Assembly (NCBI GenBank): GCA_902523665.1
Contig: CABZAD010000002.1
Location: 6,263 to 70,262, forward strand
DNA: 64,000 nt
Direction: 5' to 3'
DNA from: an uncultured Bacteroidota bacterium
GTDB lineage: Bacteria; Bacteroidota; Bacteroidia; Flavobacteriales; Flavobacteriaceae
In this document: positions 49,039-57,018 of the stretch, piece by piece
How the letters are laid out: the number at the start of each line of letters is the position of its first letter
How positions within the stretch are numbered: position 1 is the first letter of the stretch
Notes under the pieces: model-generated
Seen by the model: the letters and a program-made list of their open reading frames with translations, nothing else
The model's database searches: none
What the model was told of the DNA's origin: nothing
Position numbers and translations under genes: made by a program

Positions 49039-49963
49039 ATTTCTTGTAATTAATGAATAGCAAATATACCAATATAATCGTCAGCAAAATTGAAAAAAAT
49101 AGTTTAGAATTAATTTTTAAAAAACTAAGAAATAGTTTAGGGAACTGATATAGTTGAACAGCCATTTTAGAGTATTTGTCTGTGTCATTTAATTCTCCAG
49201 ATTTTAAATTAATAAAATCAATGTTAATGTCAGGGCCAATATCAATCTTAATACCAATACTATGCTGATTATTTCCTAATCCAGATGCTAATAGATTAAA
49301 ATTGTTTTCTTTATGGTAAAATGCATAAGGTGTATAATCAAATGCACCAATATCACCTGCTATAAAATAAAAAGGAATTTGTTGATGATTATATTTATTA
49401 TAAAGTCTTCTATAAAGATTATTACCAAAATCATAAAACTTTCTTGAATTAACTCTTACAAACCAATCTGTTTCAGAAAAAATTAATTGGTGGGTAAATA
49501 TTATAATTGACTTAGGGTTTTGATTAATTATTACCTCATCTATGAAATTCATATACTGATCAATTTCTAAATTATTTTCTTTAGAAGTGTTTAAATAAAA
49601 TAAAAGTGACTCATTGACTAATTCATAATAAAAGTTTATTGGATTTCTTGACAATTTAAAAATAGAATTACAGTTATCATGATTTCCAATTACAAATTCT
49701 ACATTATTATTGACATAAAAACTTTCTAAGTTATTGAGTTCAACCATATTATTACAATCATAAATAAAGTCTCCTCCAAGAACTATTTTAGAGTAATTAT
49801 TTTTTTGTAAATGACTCAAAAAAATTGGGTCTAGATTATTATCTAGTTTACTATGTGAGCCATATGCATGCCCAACAAATAAAAATTCCTTGGAACTTAC
49901 CTGAGCATTAGCGTTACTAATAAATACTATTAGAAAAAGTAGTTTGAGATATACCCTTAACAT
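49031..49963 (-). CDS. Calcineurin-like metallophosphoesterase with signal peptide and C-terminal TM anchor
   Basis: Signal LLFLIVFISNANA. Metal motifs FVGHAYG, GGDFIYD, GNHD. C-terminal helix FFSILLTIILVYLLF. Confidence 0.7.
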   Translation of the reverse strand: MLRVYLKLLFLIVFISNANAQVSSKEFLFVGHAYGSHSKLDNNLDPIFLSHLQKNNYSKIVLGGDFIYDCNNMVELNNLESFYVNNNVEFVIGNHDNCNSIFKLSRNPINFYYELVNESLLFYLNTSKENNLEIDQYMNFIDEVIINQNPKSIIIFTHQLIFSETDWFVRVNSRKFYDFGNNLYRRLYNKYNHQQIPFYFIAGDIGAFDYTPYAFYHKENNFNLLASGLGNNQHSIGIKIDIGPDINIDFINLKSGELNDTDKYSKMAVQLYQFPKLFLSFLKINSKLFFSILLTIILVYLLFINYKKYV

Positions 49964-50591
49964 ATTTTGAATATCTGGTGAAAGATAGTTTTTTTAATTT
50001 ATTGAAGAAATTTACTTCCTTGTTATATTTAACCTCAATAATTATAATTTTTTCTTTAAAATTTATTTTTGTAATAGGTGAATAAAAAAATAAACCTGAA
50101 TCAATTGTTAACCTTAATCCCATTAATTTGTTTTCAAAATACATTCTCTGATATGAATTTAATAAAGTAGGCCTTCTATTAGAAATTTTTCTATATAATT
50201 CAAAATTTTTGAGATTTTTGAGCTCTAAAAGAACATTTGAGTGAAAATCATAAATATTATCTAAACTTTTTAATTTCATTAAATTAAGGTTACAATATTT
50301 TTTAGAGTTCAAAAATTCATCTTTAATTTTTATTTCAAGAACTTTATTGGAGTTATCAAATAATTTTGAATACCATCTAACCCTATATTTATTTCTTTTG
50401 GAAAGACCATCAAAATTATGATTTACTGAAGAAAAGTTATAATCATCAAAATAAATATTATTTACCCTTCTATCGGAAAAGGATTTTATATATCCCAATG
50501 AATATAATTGGGATATAAATTTTGGTAGATAATTTTTTTCTACAATATATTTTCTTTCATACCTAAATTTTTTATTCTGATGCTCTACCAT
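49917..50591 (-). CDS. VTC-domain / triphosphate-tunnel (polyphosphate-polymerase-like) protein
   Basis: FRYERKYIV near the N-terminus. Alternating charged beta-strand motifs YRVRWY, LEIKIKD, LRLTIDS, IIIEVKY. C-terminal RYSKYVKG. Start placed at the internal ATG 50591; the ORF is open to 50651, but that start would overlap the CotH gene by 80 nt. Confidence 0.6.
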   Translation of the reverse strand: MVEHQNKKFRYERKYIVEKNYLPKFISQLYSLGYIKSFSDRRVNNIYFDDYNFSSVNHNFDGLSKRNKYRVRWYSKLFDNSNKVLEIKIKDEFLNSKKYCNLNLMKLKSLDNIYDFHSNVLLELKNLKNFELYRKISNRRPTLLNSYQRMYFENKLMGLRLTIDSGLFFYSPITKINFKEKIIIIEVKYNKEVNFFNKLKKLSFTRYSKYVKGISQTTFSNSIY

Positions 50592-52653
50592 ATAAATTTC
50601 CATATAATTTTGATTCAACATTCGACGTAAAAAAAATAGAATCTTTCCCAATTATTTTTGAATTTTTTTCTATTAAATAATTATCAATTTTAGTGTTCAC
50701 AAAGGTTGTTTGACTTGGTCCAAAGTACTGTTTTTTTATAAATGATGAGAAATCAATCTTATTATTTTTAATAATGCTTGAAGTTATACTAACATTTGAG
50801 GCATCTTTAGATACAATAGCAATTTCATTTGCGATAAATGAACTATTAGAAATTAAAAACGTACTTCTTTCACCAGCACTAACAGCTTTATCATATACCT
50901 CAGAAAATTCTGAATTGTTTATTATTACATTACTTCCTGATCCATCCACTCCATCATTACCAATATTTTTGAACTCTGAGTTAGTTATAGTAAGGCTTGA
51001 AAAATCTGAATCAATTGCATCATTAATTATATTATTAAATAAAGAGTTTTTAATAACAATATTTTTGGATCTAAAGAAATTTAAAAAATCATCACCATTT
51101 AAATTCTGACTGAAAACAGAATTTAAAATATTTATTGATGCACATTCATAAAAAGTAATAGCAGCAGGTTGATCGAAAACTGATAGATTATTACTTAAAG
51201 ATTTAAAGATTACGTGATTTATATTAATTTGCTCTTGTGAATTAAAAAAGATAGTCCCAAGTCTATTTGTACCATAAATTTTAATAGGGCTTGAAGAAGA
51301 TCCGATAGCTTGAAACCCTCCATAGATTTTCATGTAAGCATTATCCAACTTCACAGTTACTCCTTCCTCTATAATTAATTTTTGATTTGAAGAAACAATA
51401 AATTTACCAGTAATTAATGTGTCCTTGGTGATTTTTAATATTTCACGATCCTTTTGTTGATAATCATAAGTTTTATCTAGAATTTCCTTTTTTACAAACT
51501 CAATATTTTCAAGAAATATTTTTTCTCTTTTTTGAATTTGATTTGAAAATCCAAGCATTTTATTTTTTAAATCAATATATGATTTATCAGATTTAATGGA
51601 CTTCTGTATTTCATCAAGCTCTTCTTTTAATTCATGTAATATTTGGTTTTCTAGTTTCTGATCGTATATTTTTTTTATTAACTTATTATTATTTGCTATC
51701 GCATCTAAATTAAATTTTTCAAATTTTTTGATAAACCCTTCTCTAAAGGTTGGTTCAATTAAATTATTAACTGGATTGTAATACCAATGGAGATTAATAT
51801 CACTAAAGGCATGCTCATCATTAATTAGTAATCCAAGCTTAATTATGTTTTTTATTTTAGTCCTATCAATTTTATTAGCAAATGAATCAATATCATAATA
51901 AAAAAGCTGCTCAAGCCGAAAAGCAGTTGATTCTAAAGAATTATCATCTCCCGTATAGTTGAATTTTATAGAATCGTTTATAATTTCAAATAATACAGAT
52001 TCTCTTCTTTTATTTTTTTCTATTAAATATTTATCAAAAAAATCTTCCTGATATAAAATCCCATAATTTGCTTTATTTAAAATAATTCTGTAAGGTCTAT
52101 AATTTATACCTATCCCATTATATAAGTTAGAATATATTATATTTACTAGAGGATCTGTTATAAAGTCTCTCGATCTAGGGTTCAAAAAATTAACCTTTTT
52201 ATTTCCAAAACCTAATTCACCATCAAATTTTACTCTAAAGCTATGTCCATTAACATCTCTAAAATGATCAGGGTTTAGACCAAAGAGTCTAATTTCAGCC
52301 TCAGTTTCATTTTTACCATCAGTTAGAATGGATTTATAATAGAGATTATCACCAGACCACTGATTTCCTGTAAAGACATAATTATTTACCATTTTTGATC
52401 TTTCCTTTTGTAGCTTAACATAATTATTAGGTGATAAAGAAAATGACAAGGTTTTAATGCTATTATTATCTAGAAAATTTATAAACTCTGCCTTATCATT
52501 TAAGTATTTGACATAAAGTGAGCCAAGATTAACAGTTATCATAGATCTGTAGAGTATTTCCCTTTGAAAATATCCAATGGTAATCAAAAAAATAGAAAAA
52601 ATAAGAATTAAAGAGATTGAAATAAATCGCTTTGGTTTTTTTGAATATTTCAT
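50572..52653 (-). CDS. CotH kinase-family protein with N-terminal TM anchor and C-terminal right-handed beta-helix repeats
   Basis: Anchor FISISLILIFSIFLITIGYF. CotH-like core (IRLFGLNPDHFRDVNGHSFRVKFD, YRPYRIILNKANYGILYQEDFFDKYLIEKN). Six beta-helix coils of about 22 aa (NSVFSQN, NSLFNNI, NSEFKNI, NSEFSEV, NSSFIAN, SSIIKNN). Confidence 0.7.
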   Translation of the reverse strand: MKYSKKPKRFISISLILIFSIFLITIGYFQREILYRSMITVNLGSLYVKYLNDKAEFINFLDNNSIKTLSFSLSPNNYVKLQKERSKMVNNYVFTGNQWSGDNLYYKSILTDGKNETEAEIRLFGLNPDHFRDVNGHSFRVKFDGELGFGNKKVNFLNPRSRDFITDPLVNIIYSNLYNGIGINYRPYRIILNKANYGILYQEDFFDKYLIEKNKRRESVLFEIINDSIKFNYTGDDNSLESTAFRLEQLFYYDIDSFANKIDRTKIKNIIKLGLLINDEHAFSDINLHWYYNPVNNLIEPTFREGFIKKFEKFNLDAIANNNKLIKKIYDQKLENQILHELKEELDEIQKSIKSDKSYIDLKNKMLGFSNQIQKREKIFLENIEFVKKEILDKTYDYQQKDREILKITKDTLITGKFIVSSNQKLIIEEGVTVKLDNAYMKIYGGFQAIGSSSSPIKIYGTNRLGTIFFNSQEQININHVIFKSLSNNLSVFDQPAAITFYECASINILNSVFSQNLNGDDFLNFFRSKNIVIKNSLFNNIINDAIDSDFSSLTITNSEFKNIGNDGVDGSGSNVIINNSEFSEVYDKAVSAGERSTFLISNSSFIANEIAIVSKDASNVSITSSIIKNNKIDFSSFIKKQYFGPSQTTFVNTKIDNYLIEKNSKIIGKDSIFFTSNVESKLYGNLYGRASE

Positions 52654-53324
52654 TCTGAAGAAGAAAAAAATTGAATTTCTCTTTTATTAATTTTTTTACT
52701 ATCTAAGAAAGCTTCAACAATATTTAGTTTATCAAGATTAAAATCTGACAGTTTAAATACTACAACGATATTTTTTTCTTGCTTACTTATACTTTGAATC
52801 TCAACATTAACTCCCTCATCTGTTAAATTTTTTGCTAAACTATGTATATCATTATTAGATATCTTTTCAACTGAAATAACCAATTGATCATTTATTGAGT
52901 GAATAGATTCTAAATTTTTTGCTTTTTGATAATAGTTATATACAAAAACAAATAAAACTAGTATTAGAGGAAAGAAATATGAACCAGCTGCAGTTGCAAT
53001 AGCAACTCCAGTTAAGATTAAAAAATAAACGATCTGCTCAGCCTCTTTGATAGCAGTCCTGAATCTTATAATAGAGAGAGCACCTACTAGGCCAAGAGAC
53101 AACACAATACTTGATTTTATAGTAATTACAATTAGAAATATAGATACACCGAAAAGGGGAAAAATATTAGCAATTAAAGATTTGTTAGATACAGAATCAG
53201 AATATTTAATGTAAATTAATCTTAATAATAATGATAAAAATACAGTAACTATAAATCCAATTAAAAATTGAGAAAGGCTTGTTGAAGAAAGCTCTAGATT
53301 ACTAAAATCCATTAAATCATTCAT
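52650..53324 (-). CDS. DUF4956-like integral membrane protein with a C-terminal soluble domain
   Basis: About 4 TM segments, a conserved-looking SIIRFRTAIKEAEQIVYF motif, and a C-terminal hydrophilic domain of about 90 aa. Overlaps the CotH start by 4 nt. Confidence 0.55.
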   Translation of the reverse strand: MNDLMDFSNLELSSTSLSQFLIGFIVTVFLSLLLRLIYIKYSDSVSNKSLIANIFPLFGVSIFLIVITIKSSIVLSLGLVGALSIIRFRTAIKEAEQIVYFLILTGVAIATAAGSYFFPLILVLFVFVYNYYQKAKNLESIHSINDQLVISVEKISNNDIHSLAKNLTDEGVNVEIQSISKQEKNIVVVFKLSDFNLDKLNIVEAFLDSKKINKREIQFFSSSE

Positions 53325-53338
53325 ACTACTTTTACTAA

Positions 53339-53346
53339 CAAATCTA
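53339..53346 (-). promoter_or_regulatory. Candidate -7 promoter box (TAGATTTG) for the DUF4956-CotH-VTC operon
   Basis: Exact TAnnTTTG on the minus strand, 14 nt upstream of the ATG at 53324. This implies a very short leader. Confidence 0.25.
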
Positions 53347-53548
53347 TTATATTATATACTAAAATGCAATTTATGTCAATTCTATGCTTAGAATTAAATT
53401 ACTCATGCATAATTAAAAAATGTAACACTATAATCTTTGAGATGTTGAACCAATGCAAAGTGGTTTAAGCCATAGATATCCCAATAGTTTATTAATTAAT
53501 GAAATTATAGTTGAAGCAAATAATTTAAGTTTAGGAACCTTTGACCTT

Positions 53549-54760
53549 TTATTTCTTAAAAAGATTAAATAATTGAGTTTTTCTAATATTTGAAGAGAAG
53601 TTCAATTTATAAAAATTATGTCCGTTTTTTCCCATATCATTTAATTCAGAATTATTTAAACTAATGAATTTTACTATTTTGTTAACAAACATGCTAATAT
53701 CATTATTTTCATCAGTAATACCACAATTTGACTTCTTAATAATATCTGCACCTTCTCCACCTAAAAGACCAATTATTGGCTTACCTATTGCAAGATATGA
53801 TTGCAATTTAGCAGGCACAGTTTTAGAAAATAAGGGGGTATTTTTGATTGATAAAAACATTGCATCAGCAATGCTACAATAATTAGGAATTTCAGAAACC
53901 GGCACTTGATTTACAAATGAACATAAACTACCAAGTCCAAGTTTATTGATTTCTTTTATAAAAGTTTGCTTTGAGGTACCCTCACCTATAAATATCCAGT
54001 GAATTTTTTGATTTTTTAAACCATTAATAAGTTTTAATACGTTTTTAAAGCCTTGAGCTAGTCCAATGTTTCCAGTATATAAAATTGTAAAGTGTCCTTT
54101 GGGAATATTTAAATTTATTTGTTCTGTAATTAAATTTTTTTCTATTTGAATTTCTGCCCAATTGGGAAAGTAAATTATCTCTTTATTAAATCTTTCCTTA
54201 ACAATTTCTTTAAATCCATGAGAACCTATTAAAATTTTATCATAAAAACTGTAAATACATTTTACAAAATACTCTAAAATGTTAATTAATATTCCTGATT
54301 TTATTATCTCTAAATTTTTAAGAGTATCTGGCCACAAATCAAGATCCCACAAAAACATTTTAGTTTTAAAAAATATTTTATAGATAATTGGACTAATTGC
54401 AATTAGAATGGGACTAGTGTGATGTACAAAAATAAAATCATATTTTCTCTTGAATAACATTAAATATATTGTAAAGAAGAATGTTGATATAAAAAATGAG
54501 GTATAATTAAAAATTCTTCTAAAATAATTACCATTACCTCTGGGAATTAATGGCAACCTATTAATAACTACATTTTTTTTTTCGTGTGACTCAAAAGATT
54601 TTAATCCATAACCTTTATAAAATTTTCCACCTGAATAATTTGGTATACATGTGATAACCCTAATATGGAATTCAGAAGATGATAGCCAATCAACAATTTC
54701 ATTAATTTTGAATTGTTCAGGAAAATAATGGTTAGTGTAAATTAAGATTCTTTTTGCCAA
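53549..54760 (-). CDS. wbuB: GT4 glycosyltransferase, WbuB-like (L-FucNAc transferase type)
   Basis: N-terminus ILIYTNHYFPEQFKINE. 403 aa. Lies directly after the fnlABC-type genes and overlaps fnlC by 19 nt. Confidence 0.7.
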   Translation of the reverse strand: MAKRILIYTNHYFPEQFKINEIVDWLSSSEFHIRVITCIPNYSGGKFYKGYGLKSFESHEKKNVVINRLPLIPRGNGNYFRRIFNYTSFFISTFFFTIYLMLFKRKYDFIFVHHTSPILIAISPIIYKIFFKTKMFLWDLDLWPDTLKNLEIIKSGILINILEYFVKCIYSFYDKILIGSHGFKEIVKERFNKEIIYFPNWAEIQIEKNLITEQINLNIPKGHFTILYTGNIGLAQGFKNVLKLINGLKNQKIHWIFIGEGTSKQTFIKEINKLGLGSLCSFVNQVPVSEIPNYCSIADAMFLSIKNTPLFSKTVPAKLQSYLAIGKPIIGLLGGEGADIIKKSNCGITDENNDISMFVNKIVKFISLNNSELNDMGKNGHNFYKLNFSSNIRKTQLFNLFKK

Positions 54761-55887
54761 ACTACTCGATTTACATAGTCAATATATGATAGGATTATTC
54801 TTTCGACCTTTAATGAAACGTTTGGAACATTATATTCATTTACTATATTGAAATTTCTATTCTTTCCAGTAATCTGATTTTGAATTAAATCAATACCATT
54901 TCTAATTCTTTTCATACCTAGACCAGTAATTACTGTAGTAGCCTGTTCAATAGCCTCAGGTCTTTCATGTGATTCTCTGAGATTTAGTGATTTGAAGTTT
55001 AATATTGATGACTCCTCAAAAATTGTCCCACTGTCTGATAAAACAACAAAAGATTCGATCTGTAATTTACAATAATCCGAAAAGCTTAATGGTTTAATCA
55101 CTTTTACTAACTTATTCAATTTATGATTAATATTATCAATTTTTTTTCTAGTTCTTGGATGCATTGGAAATATGACAGGAATTTTATGTTCTGTGCACAA
55201 TTCATTTAATGAATTAATTAATAATTTCAAATTTGAAATATTATCTACATTTTCTTCACGGTGACAGGAAACTAAAAAGTATTTTCTTGACTTTAAGGAT
55301 AAAGTATCAAGTATTTTTGAATTATCAATTTTGTTCTTGTTTTCAGATATGACCTCATACATTGGTGAACCTATATTAATAACTCTATCTGGCATAATCC
55401 CCTCAAGTATAAGATAGTCTCTAGCAATTTTGCTATATGTTAGATTTATATCAGAAATGTGATCTACTATTTTTCTGTTTGACTCTTCTGGGACTCTTTG
55501 ATCAAAACATCTATTACCAGCCTCAAAATGAAAAATTGGTATTTGCTTTTTCTTAGCAACTATGCTTGATAGACAACTATTTGTATCACCAAGAATAAAA
55601 AATGCATCAGGTTTAAGTTCATCTAATAAATCGTCTATTTTGATTAAAATATTACCTATAGTTTTCGAAGGAGAATTATCTGCAGATTCTAAAAATATTT
55701 TTGGTTTAGGTAAGTCTAGGTCTTTAAAAAAAATCTCATTTAGTTCATAGTCAAAATTTTGACCAGTATGAATAAGATAATGATCAAATACCTCAGATTT
55801 TTCAAAGCGTTTTATAATTGATGAAAGCCTTATTATTTCAGGTCTAGTTCCAACTACAGTTACTAATTTAATTTTTTTGTTACTCAT
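54742..55887 (-). CDS. fnlC: UDP-N-acetylglucosamine 2-epimerase (non-hydrolysing), FnlC/CapG type
   Basis: VVGTRPEIIRLS N-terminal motif, 381 aa, third gene of the trio. Confidence 0.85.
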   Translation of the reverse strand: MSNKKIKLVTVVGTRPEIIRLSSIIKRFEKSEVFDHYLIHTGQNFDYELNEIFFKDLDLPKPKIFLESADNSPSKTIGNILIKIDDLLDELKPDAFFILGDTNSCLSSIVAKKKQIPIFHFEAGNRCFDQRVPEESNRKIVDHISDINLTYSKIARDYLILEGIMPDRVINIGSPMYEVISENKNKIDNSKILDTLSLKSRKYFLVSCHREENVDNISNLKLLINSLNELCTEHKIPVIFPMHPRTRKKIDNINHKLNKLVKVIKPLSFSDYCKLQIESFVVLSDSGTIFEESSILNFKSLNLRESHERPEAIEQATTVITGLGMKRIRNGIDLIQNQITGKNRNFNIVNEYNVPNVSLKVERIILSYIDYVNRVVWQKES

Positions 55888-55901
55888 TTAGCATATCTAA
55901 T

Positions 55902-57008
55902 TTAAACATTTTCAATATAGGTATCAGAAGTTTTATCTTCATAATGTTCATTTATCCAAAACGTTGTTATTAATTCATCATTACCAATATTTTGAATATT
56001 GTGAGTATTCCATATTGGAATGTCTATATACGATGGGGATTCCTCACTAAGCTCAAACTCAGCAACTTCCTCAGAAAGCACCTCTCTTAATTTAATTAAT
56101 GCTTTTCCTTTTATTACAGAGAATCTTTCTACTTTTCTAGTGTGAAAATGATTACCTCTTATTTCATTTCTTCCTGTAATAGACACTGATGATTGTCCAC
56201 TGGAATTAGATCTGATTAGTTCAGTAAAACTACCTCTATTATCTTCATGAACTTTATATTTTTTTGGAAAAAATTCTTTAATATCTATGTAAGACATAAA
56301 GGTGTTAAATAAACTAAGCTTAAAATATGAATCTAAATTAGGATAAGTACCATTCTTAATGTAAGTCTCATTAAACATATCTAGTAGCCTTAACACTTCA
56401 CTTACTTTCTTTTGATTGATTAGGTCTGTCAATATAATTTTATCACTAGATTCAATAGATTCAATTAGCTTAGATATAAGATCATTAACATATAATAGCG
56501 GAATATTTTTATCTTCTTTTATTTCATTCTTTTTTGAATGAATAATATTATAACAAAATGAAGCAATAAATGAATTATAATTTGGTTTACAGAAGGGACC
56601 ATATAAGTTTGGTAAAATTAAACCATGGAATACATAACCAAGTTTTTTTGACTGATCTAAAAATTTTACCCTTGCATTTTTTTTAGCGATTCCATATTTT
56701 GTATTAAAATTCTCTTGAATTGATGATGAAAAAAATAATTTACCAGAAAATTTTGTTTTTTCAAGAGCCTTAAACAATATATTATTAATATGCTCGTTTT
56801 TTTCTAAAACAGCTTCATCACTTATATCTCTATTAACACCTGCAAAATGAAAAATTATATCATCACTTTTTATTTTATTATTAAGGTTTGCAGATTTAAA
56901 GTCAGATTTTGTTAGAAAAATTATTGAATAACTATGATTAACTGTGAGTAGGCCTCTTTGTAGGTGACTTCCCAAAAAACCTTTATGACCTGATATTAAA
57001 ACTCTCAA
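55902..57008 (-). CDS. fnlB: FnlB/CapF-type bifunctional reductase/epimerase (SDR domain plus C-terminal cupin)
   Basis: 368 aa with an N-terminal SDR-like half and a C-terminal cupin (RGNHFHTRKVERFSVIKG). Sits between the fnlA-like and fnlC-like genes. Confidence 0.75.
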   Translation of the reverse strand: MRVLISGHKGFLGSHLQRGLLTVNHSYSIIFLTKSDFKSANLNNKIKSDDIIFHFAGVNRDISDEAVLEKNEHINNILFKALEKTKFSGKLFFSSSIQENFNTKYGIAKKNARVKFLDQSKKLGYVFHGLILPNLYGPFCKPNYNSFIASFCYNIIHSKKNEIKEDKNIPLLYVNDLISKLIESIESSDKIILTDLINQKKVSEVLRLLDMFNETYIKNGTYPNLDSYFKLSLFNTFMSYIDIKEFFPKKYKVHEDNRGSFTELIRSNSSGQSSVSITGRNEIRGNHFHTRKVERFSVIKGKALIKLREVLSEEVAEFELSEESPSYIDIPIWNTHNIQNIGNDELITTFWINEHYEDKTSDTYIENV

Positions 57009-57018
57009 ATGAATAATT

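Noticed and set aside
53364-53468. 34-codon plus-strand ORF (MQFMSILCLELNYSCIIKKCNTIIFEMLNQCKVV) in the 224-bp gap.
   Set aside because: It lies on the opposite strand to all neighbours, has no promoter box or ribosome-binding context, and its length is within chance expectation for AT-rich DNA. It is kept only as a note.
53325-53548. tRNA or small structured RNA in the only sizeable intergenic region.
   Set aside because: No G/C-rich acceptor or anticodon-type stems and no cloverleaf-compatible pairing were seen. The sequence is almost entirely A/T.
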